Assembly: GCA_024693545.1 (NCBI GenBank)
Contig: JAILKT010000060.1
Location: forward strand, 32,723 to 96,722
Reading direction: 5' to 3'
Length of the DNA stretch: 64,000 bases
Source of the DNA: Lachnospiraceae bacterium
GTDB lineage: Bacteria > Bacillota > Clostridia > Lachnospirales > Lachnospiraceae
Each line of letters begins with the position of its first letter. Position 1 is the first letter of the stretch. Both the position numbers and the translations under genes were made by a program. Positions 60,846-64,000 of this stretch are shown one piece after another. The notes under the pieces are model-generated. The model did not search any database. It saw nothing but the letters and a program-made list of their open reading frames with translations, and had not been told where the DNA came from.

Positions 60846-63407
60846 TTATTTTTTCTTTTTTCCGGCCTTCTTTGCTCCTTTCGCCTTCCTTGTTGTTTTG
60901 GGCTCTCCCGTTTTTACCGTTTCCGGCTTTACTTCTGTCTTCTTTTCGGCCTTTGTTTCCGCCTTTACCTCTGCCTTCTTTTCTGCCTTTGTTTCCGGCT
61001 TTACCTCTGCCTTCCTTTCGGCCTTTGTTTCCGGCTTTACTTCTGTCTTCTTTTCAGACTTTGTTTCCGGCTTTACTTCTGTCTTCTTTTCAGGCTTTGT
61101 TTCCGCTTTTTTCTTTATCGGAGGCTTCTCGGATACCTTCGCCGTCTTTTTGGCAGTGACCTTCCTGGTTATAAGCGTTTTCTTCGCTTTTTTATCAGTT
61201 TCCTCGGGCTCGCATGTAAAAACCGTCATTCCGAGCGGCGGAAGCTTGATAACGATCGAATCCTGCCATCCGTCTTTTTCAACAGCCTCAGATGTTTTTG
61301 TTCTCGGATTCACATGTCCTGAGCCGCCGTACTTAACGGCATCGCTCGAAAGGATTTCCTTATACTTACCGGGGAAAGGTACAGCCTGTCTGTATTCGTT
61401 ATATTCAACAGGTGTAAAGTTAAACGCAAAAAGAAGTGTTTCACCCGGTTTGTGAGTCTTCCTGACGAAGCTGACTATACTGTGATCGGCATCAAGGCAT
61501 CCAAGCCATTTAAAGCCGTCGGGATCGCAGTCAAGCTCCGTAAACGCGGGCATATCACGGTACATCTTGTTAAGCGTTGCAACGTAATCCGAAAGTTTCG
61601 CATGAAGCGGATCTTCAAGAAGATCCCAGTCAAGGCTCCTGTTTTCCGCCCATTCTCTGACCTGACCGAATTCCTGTCCCATAAAGAGAAGCTTCTTTCC
61701 GGGATGACCCATCATAAATCCGTATGCCGCACGAAGATTTGCGAATTTTTCCTCAATCTCGCCGGGCATTTTGTTGATCATCGAGCCCTTTCCGTGAACC
61801 ACTTCATCATGAGAAAGCACAAGGACAAAATCTTCGCTGTACGCGTACATCATACTGAACGTAAGCTGTCCGTGACATCCCTTTCTGAAAAGAGGATCCT
61901 GTTTCATATACGATGTAAAATCATTCATCCAGCCCATGTTCCACTTAAGATCAAAGCCAAGTCCATCTTCTTCGACCGGTTTCGTAACGTTGGGCCATGC
62001 GGTTGATTCTTCGGCTATGATGAGTGCACCGTTCTTTTTCTTATGGAAGATCGAATTAAGATGTTTAAGCAGCTCTATAGCTTCAAGGTTTTCTTTTCCT
62101 CCGTATCTGTTAGGCAGCCACTGTCCTTCTTTACGGCCGTAGTCGAGGTAAAGCATCGAAGCCACAGCATCCATTCTTATGCCGTCCGCGTGATACTTTT
62201 CCGTCCAGAAAAGAACGCTGGCGATAAGGAAATTCGAAACTTCGGGTCTTCCGAAATCAAAGATCAGGGTTCCCCAATCCGGATGCTCTCCGAGCCTTCT
62301 GTCCGGATGTTCGTACAGACATGTTCCGTCAAAGCTTGCAAGAGCGAAGGAATCTCTCGGGAAGTGCGCAGGTACCCAGTCAAGGATTACGCCGATCCCC
62401 TCATTATGCATATGATCCATAAATGCCATAAAATCCTTCGGTGATCCGTATCTTGATGTCGGAGCAAAATATCCGGTAACCTGATAGCCCCACGATCCGT
62501 CAAAAGGATGCTCCATAACCGGAAGCAGCTCTATGTGCGTATATCCCATCTTTTTTACATATTTGGAAAGGAGTTTCGCCGTTTCAGCATAGCTGTAGAA
62601 ATCATTATCCCCTTCGCCCTTTCTCATCCACGAACCGAGGTGAACCTCATAGATCGACATGGGACTCTTAGTGATATCAAGCTTCTTTCTTGCATCCATG
62701 TATTTCCCGTCTTTCCACTCATAATCGAGCGATGTGACGATAGATGCGTTTCCGGGTCTCATCTCCGTTGCATTGGCATAGGGATCGGCCTTTAGATAAG
62801 TCAATCCGCTCTGCGCCTTTATCTCAAACTTATAGATCTCTCCCTCACCGAGTCCCGGGATAAAAAGTTCAAAAATACCTGCCGCACGGAGCTTTCTCAT
62901 GGGATGACGCCTTCCGTCCCATGCATTGAAATCTCCCACAACACTCACGCGCTGCGCATTGGGTGCCCAAACGGCAAAATATGTGCCCTTTACTCTGTTA
63001 ACGCTTATGATATGCGCTCCGAGTTTCTCATATATCTCGTAATGAACGCCTCTGATGAATCTGTCCTCATCCTCTTCGGAAATCTTCTTGGGGAAATTAT
63101 AGGGATCATATACAAGCGCCTTCGAATCATCCCTGTACGTGATATCAAGCTTGTAGTTTCCGAGTTTTTCTTTCTCGATAAGAACCGAATAATTACCCGA
63201 ATCATCCACAGGGGTCATAGGATACTCAGACTTACCCACTACGACGCTGACCGCCTTTGCAGTGGGAAGAAATGCGTTGACCATTGTTCCCTCTCCCGTC
63301 TCATGAGGCCCGAGCCACGAGTGAGGATCGTCATGTTCCGAGTAGATAAGAGCCTCCATGGCCCCCCAATTCATATACTTATACAGAACATCATTCTCTT
63401 CAATCAT
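60846..63407 (-). CDS. glgB: 1,4-alpha-glucan branching enzyme with a Lys-rich C-terminal repeat tail of about 110 aa
   Basis: GlgB blocks are YFAVWAPNAQRVSVVGDFNAWDG, GVILDWVPAHFP, DGIRMDAVASMLY, IIAEESTAWP and LSHDEVVHGK. The tail is KKTEVKPETKAE-type repeats. Confidence 0.9.
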   Translation of the reverse strand: MIEENDVLYKYMNWGAMEALIYSEHDDPHSWLGPHETGEGTMVNAFLPTAKAVSVVVGKSEYPMTPVDDSGNYSVLIEKEKLGNYKLDITYRDDSKALVYDPYNFPKKISEEDEDRFIRGVHYEIYEKLGAHIISVNRVKGTYFAVWAPNAQRVSVVGDFNAWDGRRHPMRKLRAAGIFELFIPGLGEGEIYKFEIKAQSGLTYLKADPYANATEMRPGNASIVTSLDYEWKDGKYMDARKKLDITKSPMSIYEVHLGSWMRKGEGDNDFYSYAETAKLLSKYVKKMGYTHIELLPVMEHPFDGSWGYQVTGYFAPTSRYGSPKDFMAFMDHMHNEGIGVILDWVPAHFPRDSFALASFDGTCLYEHPDRRLGEHPDWGTLIFDFGRPEVSNFLIASVLFWTEKYHADGIRMDAVASMLYLDYGRKEGQWLPNRYGGKENLEAIELLKHLNSIFHKKKNGALIIAEESTAWPNVTKPVEEDGLGFDLKWNMGWMNDFTSYMKQDPLFRKGCHGQLTFSMMYAYSEDFVLVLSHDEVVHGKGSMINKMPGEIEEKFANLRAAYGFMMGHPGKKLLFMGQEFGQVREWAENRSLDWDLLEDPLHAKLSDYVATLNKMYRDMPAFTELDCDPDGFKWLGCLDADHSIVSFVRKTHKPGETLLFAFNFTPVEYNEYRQAVPFPGKYKEILSSDAVKYGGSGHVNPRTKTSEAVEKDGWQDSIVIKLPPLGMTVFTCEPEETDKKAKKTLITRKVTAKKTAKVSEKPPIKKKAETKPEKKTEVKPETKSEKKTEVKPETKAERKAEVKPETKAEKKAEVKAETKAEKKTEVKPETVKTGEPKTTRKAKGAKKAGKKKK
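60920..61105. repeat. in-frame 36-nt tandem repeat, about 5 copies
   Basis: Units start at about 60920, 60956, 60992, 61028 and 61064 (TTTCCGGCTTTACTTCTGTCTTCTTTTCGGCCTTTG and variants). Confidence 0.85.
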
Positions 63408-63482
63408 ATAATTACCTCCTCAGAAGTCTTATTCACAACAAAATAATATTATGCATATACCCTTTAGCGATCACGTATATGA

Positions 63483-64000
63483 TCACTCGTTATACCATTC
63501 ATCCACAGCCGAGTTTTCTTCGTCTTCGTCAGACGTGCCTTCAGAAGCGGAAGGCTCGCCCTCACTTACTTCCCCGCTTACGCTTTCAGCTACCGCGGTT
63601 CCCGGATTCTCACGTGCTTCCGCGGGCTCCGGATTCTCACCCGATCCTGCGGGCTCCGATGAAGTCACAGGCTTATTTTGGCTTCCCGTATATCTCTTGA
63701 GTACCGGTTCGATAATGAACGATGAGCCCAAGGCGATCGCTGCGGGCAGGATAAACGGGAATATGATCAATATGCTTGCCATATCTCCCGAAAATCTGTA
63801 TATAAGCCAGAATATCAAAACAATTCCGCCACCGAGTATAAACGATCCAATAAAATGCCTGATGGAGATCAGCATTGCATTTTTAAAGAGAGCCTTAAGG
63901 GATATCGTAAATCTCGACAGGATAGGGAATATCCAGACCAGAATGAGCAATACAAAAATGCAAACAACTATGAGAGCAATGTTTAGGATATCCGAAAATG
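63483..64000 (-). CDS. polytopic membrane protein (possibly DUF624/YesL-like); 5' end lies outside the window
   Basis: The frame stays open to the window edge (FSDILNIALIVVCIFVLLILVWIFPILS...). Several TM helices are followed by an acidic C-terminal tail. Confidence 0.45.
   Translation of the reverse strand, partial: FSDILNIALIVVCIFVLLILVWIFPILSRFTISLKALFKNAMLISIRHFIGSFILGGGIVLIFWLIYRFSGDMASILIIFPFILPAAIALGSSFIIEPVLKRYTGSQNKPVTSSEPAGSGENPEPAEARENPGTAVAESVSGEVSEGEPSASEGTSDEDEENSAVDEWYNE

Overview
Chromosomal window from a low-GC, Clostridia-like genome (taxon is inferred from protein sequence character only). Almost all genes are on the minus strand. Housekeeping genes are a metY-like 5' end, galM, recJ, secDF, degV, a CYTH protein, tRNA-Thr(CGU), CIRCE-controlled htpG, a GH13 debranching-type enzyme, an ABC-F ATPase, a small ferredoxin and glgB. 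They frame two accessory blocks. Block 1 (6.7-14.9 kb) is a Tad/Flp-type secretion/pilus operon: a CpaB-like protein, two degenerate MinD/TadZ-like proteins, a CpaF/TadA ATPase, a fused TadBC-like platform and six small N-terminally anchored proteins. It has no canonical Flp pilin or prepilin peptidase. Block 2 (about 24.5-60.3 kb, about 30 co-directional genes, gaps no larger than 135 nt) is the main finding: a complete phage-tail-like contractile injection system (CIS). Its parts are a DUF4255 cap, a DUF4280 PAAR-like protein, sheath, tube, an E-like chaperone with a probable -1 frameshift extension, a second tube paralog with a 3 x 88-aa C-terminal repeat, a tape-measure-like protein, two tube-initiator paralogs, a gpD hub, a gpV spike, gp25, two gpJ-like and one gpI-like baseplate proteins, and an Afp15-type AAA+ ATPase. 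No capsid, terminase, integrase or lysis genes are present. The locus has unusual additions. A STAS/anti-sigma-kinase partner-switching pair sits inside it, and a histidine-kinase catalytic domain without a DHp domain lies downstream. Upstream is an envelope module: a TolC-like secreted protein, an 890-aa anchored protein with a GDGT repeat, a MORN membrane protein, a degenerate class III cyclase sensor and a 599-aa Ig-tailed protein. No recognisable toxin or effector is present. Other observations are lysine-rich tandem-repeat tails on both glycogen enzymes, a hybrid-kinase-like protein whose phospho-His is replaced by Lys, and several small coding or intergenic repeats. All family assignments come from reading motifs by eye; no searches were run.
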